A stretch of DNA of 28,874 bases from an uncultured Lachnospiraceae bacterium (GTDB lineage Bacteria > Bacillota > Clostridia > Lachnospirales > Lachnospiraceae): the NCBI GenBank assembly GCA_910577675.1, contig CAJTOR010000005.1, positions 1 to 28,874 of the forward strand. Reading direction: 5' to 3'. Of the stretch, positions 1 through 7,912 are shown in pieces (the stretch's first letter is position 1; every line of letters starts with the position of its first letter). The translations under genes and the position numbers were made by a program. The notes beneath the pieces are model-generated. The model was not told the origin of the DNA. It saw only the letters and a program-made list of their open reading frames with translations, and did no database searches.

Positions 1-92
1 CGGGGAACCTTGACTTTTGTTAAGAAGTGTGGTAGAAATGTATATTAATAATACAATACCGCGCAAAAAACGACATAATACAACTCAGAAAA

Positions 93-141
93 AAACACAC
101 CCGCCGGAAAAATCCATTCCGGGGAGTGTGTTTTCTTTTTT
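93..141 (-). terminator. Rho-independent terminator for the minus-strand XRE regulator. A GC hairpin (acacacccgccgg ... ccggggagtgtgt) is flanked by T-runs on both strands
   Basis: Inverted repeat CCGGAA...TTCCGG nested in ACACACCC/GGGAGTGTGT, followed by ttttcttttttc. Lies immediately 3' of the CDS that ends at 148. Confidence 0.5.
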
Positions 142-147
142 CTGTTT

Positions 148-705
148 CTACAGATATCCTTTGCTGATTTCTTCCGCCAAACCAGTCAACAAAAGAAGGG
201 CATCCGTTTTCAGTCCGGGATTTGCATAAAAGCCTGCGTTTGCATAATCGGACGCTCTTTTGGAAAAGGTAAATGCAGTGGGTAAATCGCCTGCCTGTTT
301 GCAAAGTATGGCTTGCTCATAGGAAGCGCGCGCGAGGAAGGCAAGTTTTTCATCATAGAGGGGGTCAGTGTCCGCAGGCTCCAAAAGCCATTCCACAAGT
401 TCGCGATACTTTTTTGCCCCAAACCATTCCTTCATTATGGCAAGCTCAGCACCGGGGGAGTGGTCGGGGAGCGGTAGTGCAGGTTTTTTGGGGGAGGTAT
501 CTGCTTCCTCCGCCATCAGTACCGAGAGGGGAATGCCAAGTACCGAGGAGAGGTAGGCGAGTGTTTTCATGGACGGAAGGGCGGAGCCGCTTTCGATCTG
601 GCTTAACATATTCCTTGTAATGAAATCGCCGACAACTTCAGCCTGTGTCATTTTTTTAGCAAGCCGGGCTTCTTTGATACGCTGTCCGATTGTATGTGCA
701 TCCAT
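148..705 (-). CDS. XRE-family helix-turn-helix transcriptional regulator (Cro/C1-type HTH at N-terminus, ~120-aa C-terminal helical domain)
   Basis: N-terminal sequence MDAHTIGQRIKEARLAKKMTQAEVVGDFITRNMLSQIESG is a classic HTH_3/XRE signature. Start was moved to the second ATG at 705 because a GGAGG sits 5 nt upstream of it. The first ATG at 717 has no SD. Confidence 0.75.
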   Translation of the reverse strand: MDAHTIGQRIKEARLAKKMTQAEVVGDFITRNMLSQIESGSALPSMKTLAYLSSVLGIPLSVLMAEEADTSPKKPALPLPDHSPGAELAIMKEWFGAKKYRELVEWLLEPADTDPLYDEKLAFLARASYEQAILCKQAGDLPTAFTFSKRASDYANAGFYANPGLKTDALLLLTGLAEEISKGYL

Positions 706-860
706 AGCCACCTCCATACTCTTAAAAGTAAAAAACAGGAAAATAGTAAATGTAGTTTACATAATCATACCACAATTATAAAGAAAATCAAGTAATTTTT
801 CTGTTATTTTACAAAATAACAACAAAAAGATTAGAATAAACTAAATTTTCATTAATTTTC

Positions 861-889
861 TTGACAGAATATCAAGATAATGTTATCAT
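861..889 (+). promoter_or_regulatory. Sigma-A-like promoter for the nfeD-flotillin operon (-35 TTGACA 861-866, 17-nt spacer, -10 TATCAT 884-889)
   Basis: Hexamers and spacing read directly. Lies ~40 nt upstream of the AGGAG RBS and ATG at 926. Confidence 0.45.
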
Positions 890-925
890 TATGGTAAATA
901 AAATTTACGTGAAAGGAGTGGTAGT

Positions 926-1597
926 ATGTATGAATGGTGGGAAGGGTTATCAGGGATATTGAAAGTACTATATATTATTGCAATCCCGTCCACCCTGTTG
1001 CTGGTTGTCCAGACTGTGATGATTGTTATGGGATTCGGGGAACACGGCGTGGATGCAAATCCGTCGGATACCTCCGGGCTTTGTATGGATGGTGATTTGG
1101 CTGTGGATGGCGGGGGCGGTGTTTCCGTGGAAGATTTTGATATTGACATTGATGGTGTGGCAGAGGGGGATACCGGGGCAGGCGCGGAGTTTGGGACGCT
1201 CAAACTTTTTACATTACAGGGCATTGTAGCGTTTCTTACCACCTTTTCCTGGACCTCGATCTGTTTTGTGAAAGGCGGGATGCAGCTGATGCCATCCCTG
1301 CTGCTTGGTTTTCTTGTGGGCTCGATTATTATGTATTCGGTTGCAAAGATTATGCAGGTTTCCGGTAAACTTGCAGAGAATGGGACATTCCGCATTAAGA
1401 GCACGATCGGGGAATCAGCACTTGTCTATGTCACAATCCCGCAGAAAGGGGAGAATGGCGGCAAGGTAACCCTTACAATGGAAAGCGGTTTTGTGGAGCT
1501 CTCGGCTGTCACGGAGGGCGATGCACCGATTGCAGCGGGGATGACGGTTCGTATTACCGATGTTGTGGGTGATACGGTGGTAGTGGAGAAACTATAG
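926..1597 (+). CDS. NfeD-like membrane protein (short NfeD/YuaF type): N-terminal TM helices, acidic Gly/Asp-rich linker, C-terminal OB-fold beta domain
   Basis: C-terminal sequence VTLTMESGFVELSAVTEGDAPIAAGMTVRITDVVGDTVVVEKL is typical of the NfeD C-terminal domain. AGGAG RBS lies 7 nt upstream. It is immediately followed by a flotillin gene, the conserved NfeD-SPFH pairing. Confidence 0.8.
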   Translation: MYEWWEGLSGILKVLYIIAIPSTLLLVVQTVMIVMGFGEHGVDANPSDTSGLCMDGDLAVDGGGGVSVEDFDIDIDGVAEGDTGAGAEFGTLKLFTLQGIVAFLTTFSWTSICFVKGGMQLMPSLLLGFLVGSIIMYSVAKIMQVSGKLAENGTFRIKSTIGESALVYVTIPQKGENGGKVTLTMESGFVELSAVTEGDAPIAAGMTVRITDVVGDTVVVEKL

Positions 1598-1715
1598 TTA
1601 CAAAAGAGGGTTAAAATTTGGGAAAAACGGGGAAACCCGTTTGCAGCTCTTAGCATTTCGCGCGGCCTGGTGCAGAGCTGTCTAAAATAAGGCGCGCAGA
1701 AAAGAGGGTTGTCCA

Positions 1716-3104
1716 ATGGAAGTACTTATTACTGTAAGTGTTGTTGCTCTGGTGCTGTTCGCTGCCATAGCGGGGATTTTGTCGCGCTACCGAAAATGTC
1801 CGTCGGATAAGGTGATGGTAATCTATGGTAAAGTCGGCACGGATAAGGACGGGCAGGCGCGCAGCGCAAAATGTATCCACGGCGGAGCGGCGTTCGTTGT
1901 GCCGGTGCTCCAGTCGTTCCAGTATCTGGATCTGACACCGATCTCGATCAATGTTGATTTGCGCAACGCGCTGTCAAAGCAGAATATCCGGGTTGACGTA
2001 CCGTCCCGCTTTACCGTCGGTATCTCAACGGAACCGGGTATAATGCAGAATGCGGCGGAGCGCCTTTTGGGGCTTAAATTAAATGAGATACAGGAACTTG
2101 CCAAGGATATTATTTTCGGTCAGCTTCGCCTTGTTATCGCGACGATGGATATTGAGGAGATCAATACTGACCGCGATAAGTTTTTGCTAGCTGTTTCAAA
2201 GAATGTCGAGATTGAGTTAAAGAAAATTGGTCTTCGCCTGATTAACGTAAATGTGACCGATATCACCGATGAATCCGGCTATATCGAGGCGCTTGGTAAG
2301 GAGGCGGCGGCGAAGGCAATCAACGACGCGAAGAAGAATGTTGCGGAGAAAGACCGTGACGGTGAGATTGGCCAGGCTATAGCACAGAAGGATCAGCGTA
2401 TCCAGGTGGCAGCCGCAAATGCGAGCGCTATCCAGGGGGAGAATGACGCGAAGATCGAAGTGGCTCAATCCGAGGCAAACCGCCGTGAAAAGGAGGCGGA
2501 TGCCCTGCGTATTGCGACCGCGGCGGAGGCAGTGCAGGCGGCGCGCGCAAAGCAGGAAGCTTATGTGGCACAGCAGGAGGCGGAGAATACCCGCGCGCAG
2601 CTTGAGAAGGCAACACAGCAGGCGGATGTCATTGTCAGGGCACAGATAGAGAAGGAAAAAGCTGAGATTGCAGCGGAAGCCGAGGCTGAGGTAATGCGCC
2701 GCAAGGCACGGGGCGAGGCGGACGCGATCTATGCGAAGATGGAAGCGCAGGCTAAGGGCGCACAGGAAATTCTTGAGAAGCAGGCGGAAGGTATGAAGCG
2801 GCTTGTCGAGGCGGCGGGCGGCGAGGCAGGCGACGCTGTGAAGCTGATTGTCGCGGATAAACTTGAGGAATTGATGAAGATACAGGTGGATGCCATCAAG
2901 GGAGTTAAGATTGATAAAGTCACAGTCTGGGACAGCGGCAGCAAGGGCGACGGGAAGACGGCGACAGCGGATTTTCTTTCCGGGATGATGAAATCGGTTC
3001 CGCCGCTAAATGAATTGTTTAAGCAGGCGGGGATGGAACTGCCGGGGCTGCTTGGAAAGGAACATGGCGAAGAGGAAATGACGGAAAAGAAACAGGAAGC
3101 ATGA
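1716..3104 (+). CDS. Flotillin-like SPFH/band-7 protein (FloT/YuaG-type) with N-terminal membrane anchor and long Ala/Glu-rich coiled-coil region
   Basis: N-terminal TM helix MEVLITVSVVALVLFAAIAG, then an SPFH core (KVMVIYGKVG...VDLRNALSKQNIRVDV...), then EA-repeat-rich coiled coil. AGAGGG RBS present. Operon partner of the upstream NfeD gene. Confidence 0.85.
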   Translation: MEVLITVSVVALVLFAAIAGILSRYRKCPSDKVMVIYGKVGTDKDGQARSAKCIHGGAAFVVPVLQSFQYLDLTPISINVDLRNALSKQNIRVDVPSRFTVGISTEPGIMQNAAERLLGLKLNEIQELAKDIIFGQLRLVIATMDIEEINTDRDKFLLAVSKNVEIELKKIGLRLINVNVTDITDESGYIEALGKEAAAKAINDAKKNVAEKDRDGEIGQAIAQKDQRIQVAAANASAIQGENDAKIEVAQSEANRREKEADALRIATAAEAVQAARAKQEAYVAQQEAENTRAQLEKATQQADVIVRAQIEKEKAEIAAEAEAEVMRRKARGEADAIYAKMEAQAKGAQEILEKQAEGMKRLVEAAGGEAGDAVKLIVADKLEELMKIQVDAIKGVKIDKVTVWDSGSKGDGKTATADFLSGMMKSVPPLNELFKQAGMELPGLLGKEHGEEEMTEKKQEA

Positions 3105-3437
3105 GAGTCCGGCAAAGGTGGGAATAGTTTTAGAAGCAGTTAATTAGTGGTAAAAAACGGGGTTGTTGCAAAATCTGGATATTTTACAATATATGGTAGA
3201 GATGTTTTAACTATCCATACTATATATTGTTTGAAAATGCCATTTTGTAACAGCCCCCTTTTTGCTGCCTTATGAGTAAAAGTAGTGGTGGACAGAAAAG
3301 GGGAAGAAAAACAGGTTAAGATAATGGTTTAAAAGATAACATATACCAACCAGTGCGAAAGAAGGGAAAAATTCTGCTTTATTAGTTTCCCTAATGAAAA
3401 AGATTTAAGATATTCATTATCAATTTTCCCAAAAACA

Positions 3438-3446
3438 TGGTATGAT
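3438..3446 (+). promoter_or_regulatory. Possible extended -10 promoter element (TGgTATGAT) within the long purL leader
   Basis: TGnTATGAT match read from sequence. Only a weak -35 (TATCAA) at 17-nt spacing. Confidence 0.3.
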
Positions 3447-3703
3447 ATCAATATAGTAAAGTGGCATATAGGAAATTAAATAGGCGATTGCGAAACTCAC
3501 TGACAAATATTTATGCACTTTTTGATAGAAACGAACTTGAAATGTATCAACTAAGCTAAAAAGTTGTGCAAAATGGATATAAAAGTCAAAATTTTAGTGA
3601 GGAGAGTTGCAAAAGGAAAGCTTAAAAAAGCTAGGTCTTATGCGGCTTTTAGAGTTTAGCAATCACCTACAGGAATTTAAAATCAGAAAGGAGAAGTAAC
3701 CTA

Positions 3704-6700
3704 ATGGGAAACGTCAAAAGGATTTATGTGGAAAAGAAAGCACCCTACGCGGTACGTGCGAAGGAACTAAAAGGTGAGCTTTTAAGCTATCTTGGTTTAA
3801 AGAGTTTGAAGGAGGTGCGCGTCCTTATCCGCTACGATATTGAAAATATCAGCGACGACACCTATCAGAAAGCGCTCGGTACAATTTTTTTCGAGCCGCC
3901 GGTGGATATATTATATGAAGAAACTTTTCCGGTGGAAGCAGGTGATGCAGAGGGGAAAACCACACATATCTTTTCCGTGGAATACCTTCCGGGGCAGTTT
4001 GACCAGAGGGCGGATTCTGCGGAACAGTGCGTCAAGCTCCTGAACGAAACGGAAGAGCCGGTGATCCGCTCCGCGACGACCTACATCCTTACCGGGGAGA
4101 TTACCGCGGCGGATTTTGCGCGTGTAAAGGAATACTGCATTAATCCGGTGGACTCCCGCGAAACGGGGGAGGAAAAACCGGAAACACTTGTAACTGTATT
4201 TGACACGCCGGAAGATGTAAAGATTTTTGATGGTTTTAAAGATATGCCGGAGGCACAGTTAAAGGAGCTGTATGATTCCTTAAACCTTGCGATGACTTTT
4301 AAGGACTTTCTGCATATCCAGAATTATTTTAAGAATGAGGAGCATCGCGACCCATCCGTAACGGAAATCCGTGTGCTTGATACCTACTGGTCAGATCACT
4401 GCCGCCATACAACGTTCCTTACCGAGCTGACCGATGTGAAATTTGAGGACGGGTATTACAGAAAGCCGATTGAAGATTCTTTCCTGCGTTATAAGGCGGA
4501 TCGTGAAGTTCTTTATAAAGGAAGGGATGACAAATATATTTCGCTGATGGATATTGCGCTGCTTGCCATGAAAAAGCTGCGCGCGGAGGGCAAACTTTCC
4601 GATATGGAAGTTTCGGATGAGATCAATGCCTGCTCCATTGTGGTTCCGGTGACGATTGACGGGGTAACCGAGGAATGGCTGGTATTTTTCAAGAACGAAA
4701 CACATAACCACCCGACGGAAATTGAGCCGTTCGGCGGTGCGGCCACCTGCCTTGGCGGCGCGATCCGCGATCCGCTTTCCGGGCGCGGCTATGTTTACCA
4801 GGCAATGCGCGTGACGGGGGCAGCCGATCCAACCGTTTCCCTTGCGGACACGCTTTCCGGCAAGCTTGCGCAGCGCAAGATCGTGACCGGCGCAGCGAAG
4901 GGATACAGTTCCTACGGCAATCAGATTGGTCTGGCGACCGGGCTTGTCGATGAGGTTTATCATCCAAATTATGTTGCAAAGCGCATGGAAATCGGCGCGG
5001 TTATGGGCGCTGCTCCGCGCAAAAATGTAATCCGTGAGAATTCCGACCCGGGCGATATTATTATTTTGATGGGCGGGCGCACGGGGCGCGACGGCTGTGG
5101 CGGTGCGACGGGTTCTTCCAAGGCGCACACTACAGAATCCATCAATGTTTGTGGCGCGGAGGTGCAGAAGGGAAATGCGCCGACCGAGCGCAAATTGCAG
5201 AGGCTCTTCCGCCGCGAGGAGGTTGCGCATCTGATAAAGAAGTGCAACGATTTCGGAGCGGGCGGTGTGTCGGTTGCCATCGGTGAGCTGGCGGACGGGC
5301 TTCGCGTGCAGCTTGATAAGGTACCTAAGAAATATGCGGGGCTCGACGGCACGGAACTTGCGATTTCGGAATCGCAGGAGAGAATGGCGATTGTCGTGGA
5401 TAAAAAAGATGTCGATGCGATGCTCTCCTTTGCCGAGGAGGAGAACCTTGAAGCGGTGGTTGTTGCAGAGGTGACGAAAGAACCTAGGCTTGTGCTTGTA
5501 TGGCGGGGGAAGGAGATTGTCAATATTTCCCGTGCTTTCCTTAATACAAACGGCGCGCACCAGGAGGCGGCAGCAGTTGTGACAATGCCGGATGAGGGGG
5601 CGGATTATTTTAAGACCGGTGCAGCGTATGAAGCGGAAGCGGTAAAAAAACTTCGTGGGGCAGCTCCGAAAGCATCTGTCGGAAACTTTGACCTTAAAGC
5701 CACCTGGCTTTCCATGCTTGCCGATCTGAACGTATGTTCGAAGAAAGGGCTTGTCGAGATGTTTGACTCCTCCATCGGTGCGGCAACCGTGACAATGCCT
5801 TACGGCGGGAAATACCAGATGACCCCTGTGCAGACGATGGTGGCGAAGCTTCCGGTACTTTCCGGCGCGTGCGACACGGTGACAATGATGAGTTATGGAT
5901 ATGACCCGTACCTCTCAAGCTGGAGCCCGTACCACGGCGCAATGTATGCGGTGGTTTCTTCCGTGGCAAAAATTGTTGCGGCAGGCGGTGATTTTACAAA
6001 GATCCGATTCACCTTCCAGGAATATTTCCGCCGTCTGGGTACTGACCCGAAACACTGGGGTGAGCCGCTTTGTGCACTTTTGGGCGCGTATGAGGCGCAG
6101 CTTCGTTTTGGCCTGCCGTCCATCGGCGGCAAGGACAGCATGTCCGGAAGTTTTAACGAGATCAATGTACCGCCGACCCTCGTATCCTTTGCGGTCAATA
6201 TTGCAAAGAGTAAGGAGGTGGTAACACCGGAATTAAAGAAAGCGGGCAATGCGCTGGTGCGCTTTGTGATTAAGAAGGACGAGTATGGTCTTCCGGACTT
6301 TGAACAGATGATGGAGCTGTACTCAAATATTACAAAGCTTATGAGGGCGGGAGTGATTGTGTCCGCCTACGCGCTTGGTGCGAAAGGTATTGCGGAGGCA
6401 GTCAGCAAGATGGCGTTTGGAAACAGGCTGGGCGCTGAGCTTTGCAATGAGCGCGACCCTAAGACTTACTTTATGCCGGAATACGGCAATCTCATCGCGG
6501 AGGTTGCAAAGGAGGATGTGGCGAAGATTGAGGAGGCGGGCGTGCCGTTTGACTGGTTTGGCATGGTGGGCGAAGCGCCTGAATTCAAGGTCGGCGATGT
6601 GATTGTGCCTGTAAGTGAAGCGTTATCCGCCTGGGAGAACACATTGGAGAAAGTGTTCCCGATGCATTCCGGTGCGGTGGATGAGGCGCAGACATTTGAA

Positions 6701-7552
6701 ACAAAGCTGTTTGACGCAAAGACCATCTACACCGCGAAAAACCGTGTTGCAAAGCCGCGTGTCTTTATCCCGGTCTTTCCTGGCACAAACTGCGAGTATG
6801 ATACGCAGAAAGCTTTTGAGCGTGCGGGTGCCATAGTGAATACGGTTGTATTTAAGAACCTTGATGAACACTGTATCCGCGAATCCGTTTTGGAATTTGA
6901 AAAAGCGATCAGAGAGGCGCAGATTTTAATGTTCCCGGGTGGCTTTTCCGCGGGCGATGAGCCGGATGGCTCCGGCAAATTTATCGCGACGGCGTTCCGC
7001 AACGAGCGCATTGCGAATGCGGTAAATGATTTGTTAAAGGTAAAGGATGGTCTTGTACTTGGAATCTGCAACGGCTTCCAGGCAATTATAAAGCTCGGGC
7101 TTGTGCCTTACGGGGAGATTACGGCCCAGTTGGCGGATTCCCCGACGCTTACGACAAACAATATTGGGCGGCATATATCAAAGTCCGTCTACACGAAGAT
7201 TGTGACAAACAAATCGCCGTGGCTGATGAAGGCGGAACTCGGCGGGGTTTACTCAGTTCCGGCATCGCATGGTGAAGGGCGTTTTGTGGCAAGCGAAACG
7301 TGGATTCGGAAGCTTTTAGAAAACGGGCAGATTGCAACGCAGTATGTTGATCTTTCTGGCAACCCGACAATGGAGGAGGCGTTTAACCCGAACGGATCGT
7401 ACTATGCGATCGAGGGAATCACAAGCCCTGATGGGAGGGTACTTGGCAAGATGGCTCATTCCGAGCGCAGGGGTGACTCTGTTGCAGTAAATATTTCTGG
7501 GGAACAGAATCAGTATATATTTGAGTCCGGTGTGGCATATTTTGCCGGATAA
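3704..7552 (+). CDS. purL: Phosphoribosylformylglycinamidine (FGAM) synthase, large single-chain form (PurS-like N-terminus, PurL synthetase core, C-terminal PurQ-type glutamine amidotransferase)
   Basis: 1282-aa ORF with AGGAG RBS. Internal AIR-synthase-related motifs are present. The C-terminal GATase carries the GICNGFQ catalytic Cys motif and the SERRGD-region His. Confidence 0.93.
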   Translation: MGNVKRIYVEKKAPYAVRAKELKGELLSYLGLKSLKEVRVLIRYDIENISDDTYQKALGTIFFEPPVDILYEETFPVEAGDAEGKTTHIFSVEYLPGQFDQRADSAEQCVKLLNETEEPVIRSATTYILTGEITAADFARVKEYCINPVDSRETGEEKPETLVTVFDTPEDVKIFDGFKDMPEAQLKELYDSLNLAMTFKDFLHIQNYFKNEEHRDPSVTEIRVLDTYWSDHCRHTTFLTELTDVKFEDGYYRKPIEDSFLRYKADREVLYKGRDDKYISLMDIALLAMKKLRAEGKLSDMEVSDEINACSIVVPVTIDGVTEEWLVFFKNETHNHPTEIEPFGGAATCLGGAIRDPLSGRGYVYQAMRVTGAADPTVSLADTLSGKLAQRKIVTGAAKGYSSYGNQIGLATGLVDEVYHPNYVAKRMEIGAVMGAAPRKNVIRENSDPGDIIILMGGRTGRDGCGGATGSSKAHTTESINVCGAEVQKGNAPTERKLQRLFRREEVAHLIKKCNDFGAGGVSVAIGELADGLRVQLDKVPKKYAGLDGTELAISESQERMAIVVDKKDVDAMLSFAEEENLEAVVVAEVTKEPRLVLVWRGKEIVNISRAFLNTNGAHQEAAAVVTMPDEGADYFKTGAAYEAEAVKKLRGAAPKASVGNFDLKATWLSMLADLNVCSKKGLVEMFDSSIGAATVTMPYGGKYQMTPVQTMVAKLPVLSGACDTVTMMSYGYDPYLSSWSPYHGAMYAVVSSVAKIVAAGGDFTKIRFTFQEYFRRLGTDPKHWGEPLCALLGAYEAQLRFGLPSIGGKDSMSGSFNEINVPPTLVSFAVNIAKSKEVVTPELKKAGNALVRFVIKKDEYGLPDFEQMMELYSNITKLMRAGVIVSAYALGAKGIAEAVSKMAFGNRLGAELCNERDPKTYFMPEYGNLIAEVAKEDVAKIEEAGVPFDWFGMVGEAPEFKVGDVIVPVSEALSAWENTLEKVFPMHSGAVDEAQTFETKLFDAKTIYTAKNRVAKPRVFIPVFPGTNCEYDTQKAFERAGAIVNTVVFKNLDEHCIRESVLEFEKAIREAQILMFPGGFSAGDEPDGSGKFIATAFRNERIANAVNDLLKVKDGLVLGICNGFQAIIKLGLVPYGEITAQLADSPTLTTNNIGRHISKSVYTKIVTNKSPWLMKAELGGVYSVPASHGEGRFVASETWIRKLLENGQIATQYVDLSGNPTMEEAFNPNGSYYAIEGITSPDGRVLGKMAHSERRGDSVAVNISGEQNQYIFESGVAYFAG

Positions 7553-7761
7553 TACTTGACGGGGGTGTCCCGCCGTAAGAAAATGTACCTTGTTGGGCAT
7601 TTTGCTGCGCGGCGTGGCATCCCTTCTTTTTTATGCCTCAAAATCCAGGGAAATCATGCATTTGGCGTGAAAAACCGTGTGGCAGGATAACCGTAAAAAC
7701 TGTATTTTTCCGGAAAAAAAACTGGGGATTTGAGGAAATCGACATTATTTTGAAATTTCGC

Positions 7762-7790
7762 TTGCTTTCTGTGTTCAATCGGTGTAGAAT
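7762..7790 (+). promoter_or_regulatory. Sigma-A-like promoter (-35 TTGCTT 7762-7767, 17-nt spacer, -10 TAGAAT 7785-7790) upstream of the NlpC/P60 hydrolase gene
   Basis: Hexamers and spacing read directly. Lies ~120 nt upstream of the GGAGG RBS/ATG at 7913. Confidence 0.5.
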
Positions 7791-7912
7791 ATAACTCGGG
7801 CATTTCGTAATATTATTGTAACAATTTAGTTCACAATTCTGAAATAATTCCAAAGGTTGGTATATAGGCCGTAAATAACGGTCGGTGATGATGTAAGAAA
7901 TGGAGGAGATTC

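Noticed and set aside
1-147. Possible promoter TTGACT at 10-15 and 70-aa ORF 17-229
   Set aside because: No convincing -10 at proper spacing. The ORF overlaps the terminator and the XRE gene and has no RBS.
3105-3703. Purine (guanine/adenine) or ZTP riboswitch upstream of purL; also upstream of guaB
   Set aside because: I could not find the conserved aptamer cores (UAUA...GGGA...UAUGGCCC...GUUUCUACC or the pfl GGGUCGUGAC/CCGGAC pseudoknot elements) by eye. This needs Infernal to be sure.
4391-5560. 389-aa minus-strand ORF (plus 4513-4746, 4689-4979, 4969-5523, 5893-6249 and other antisense ORFs) inside purL
   Set aside because: Entirely antisense to a strongly supported purL CDS. It has Arg/Ser-rich composition typical of antisense frames in GC-rich coding DNA, with no RBS.
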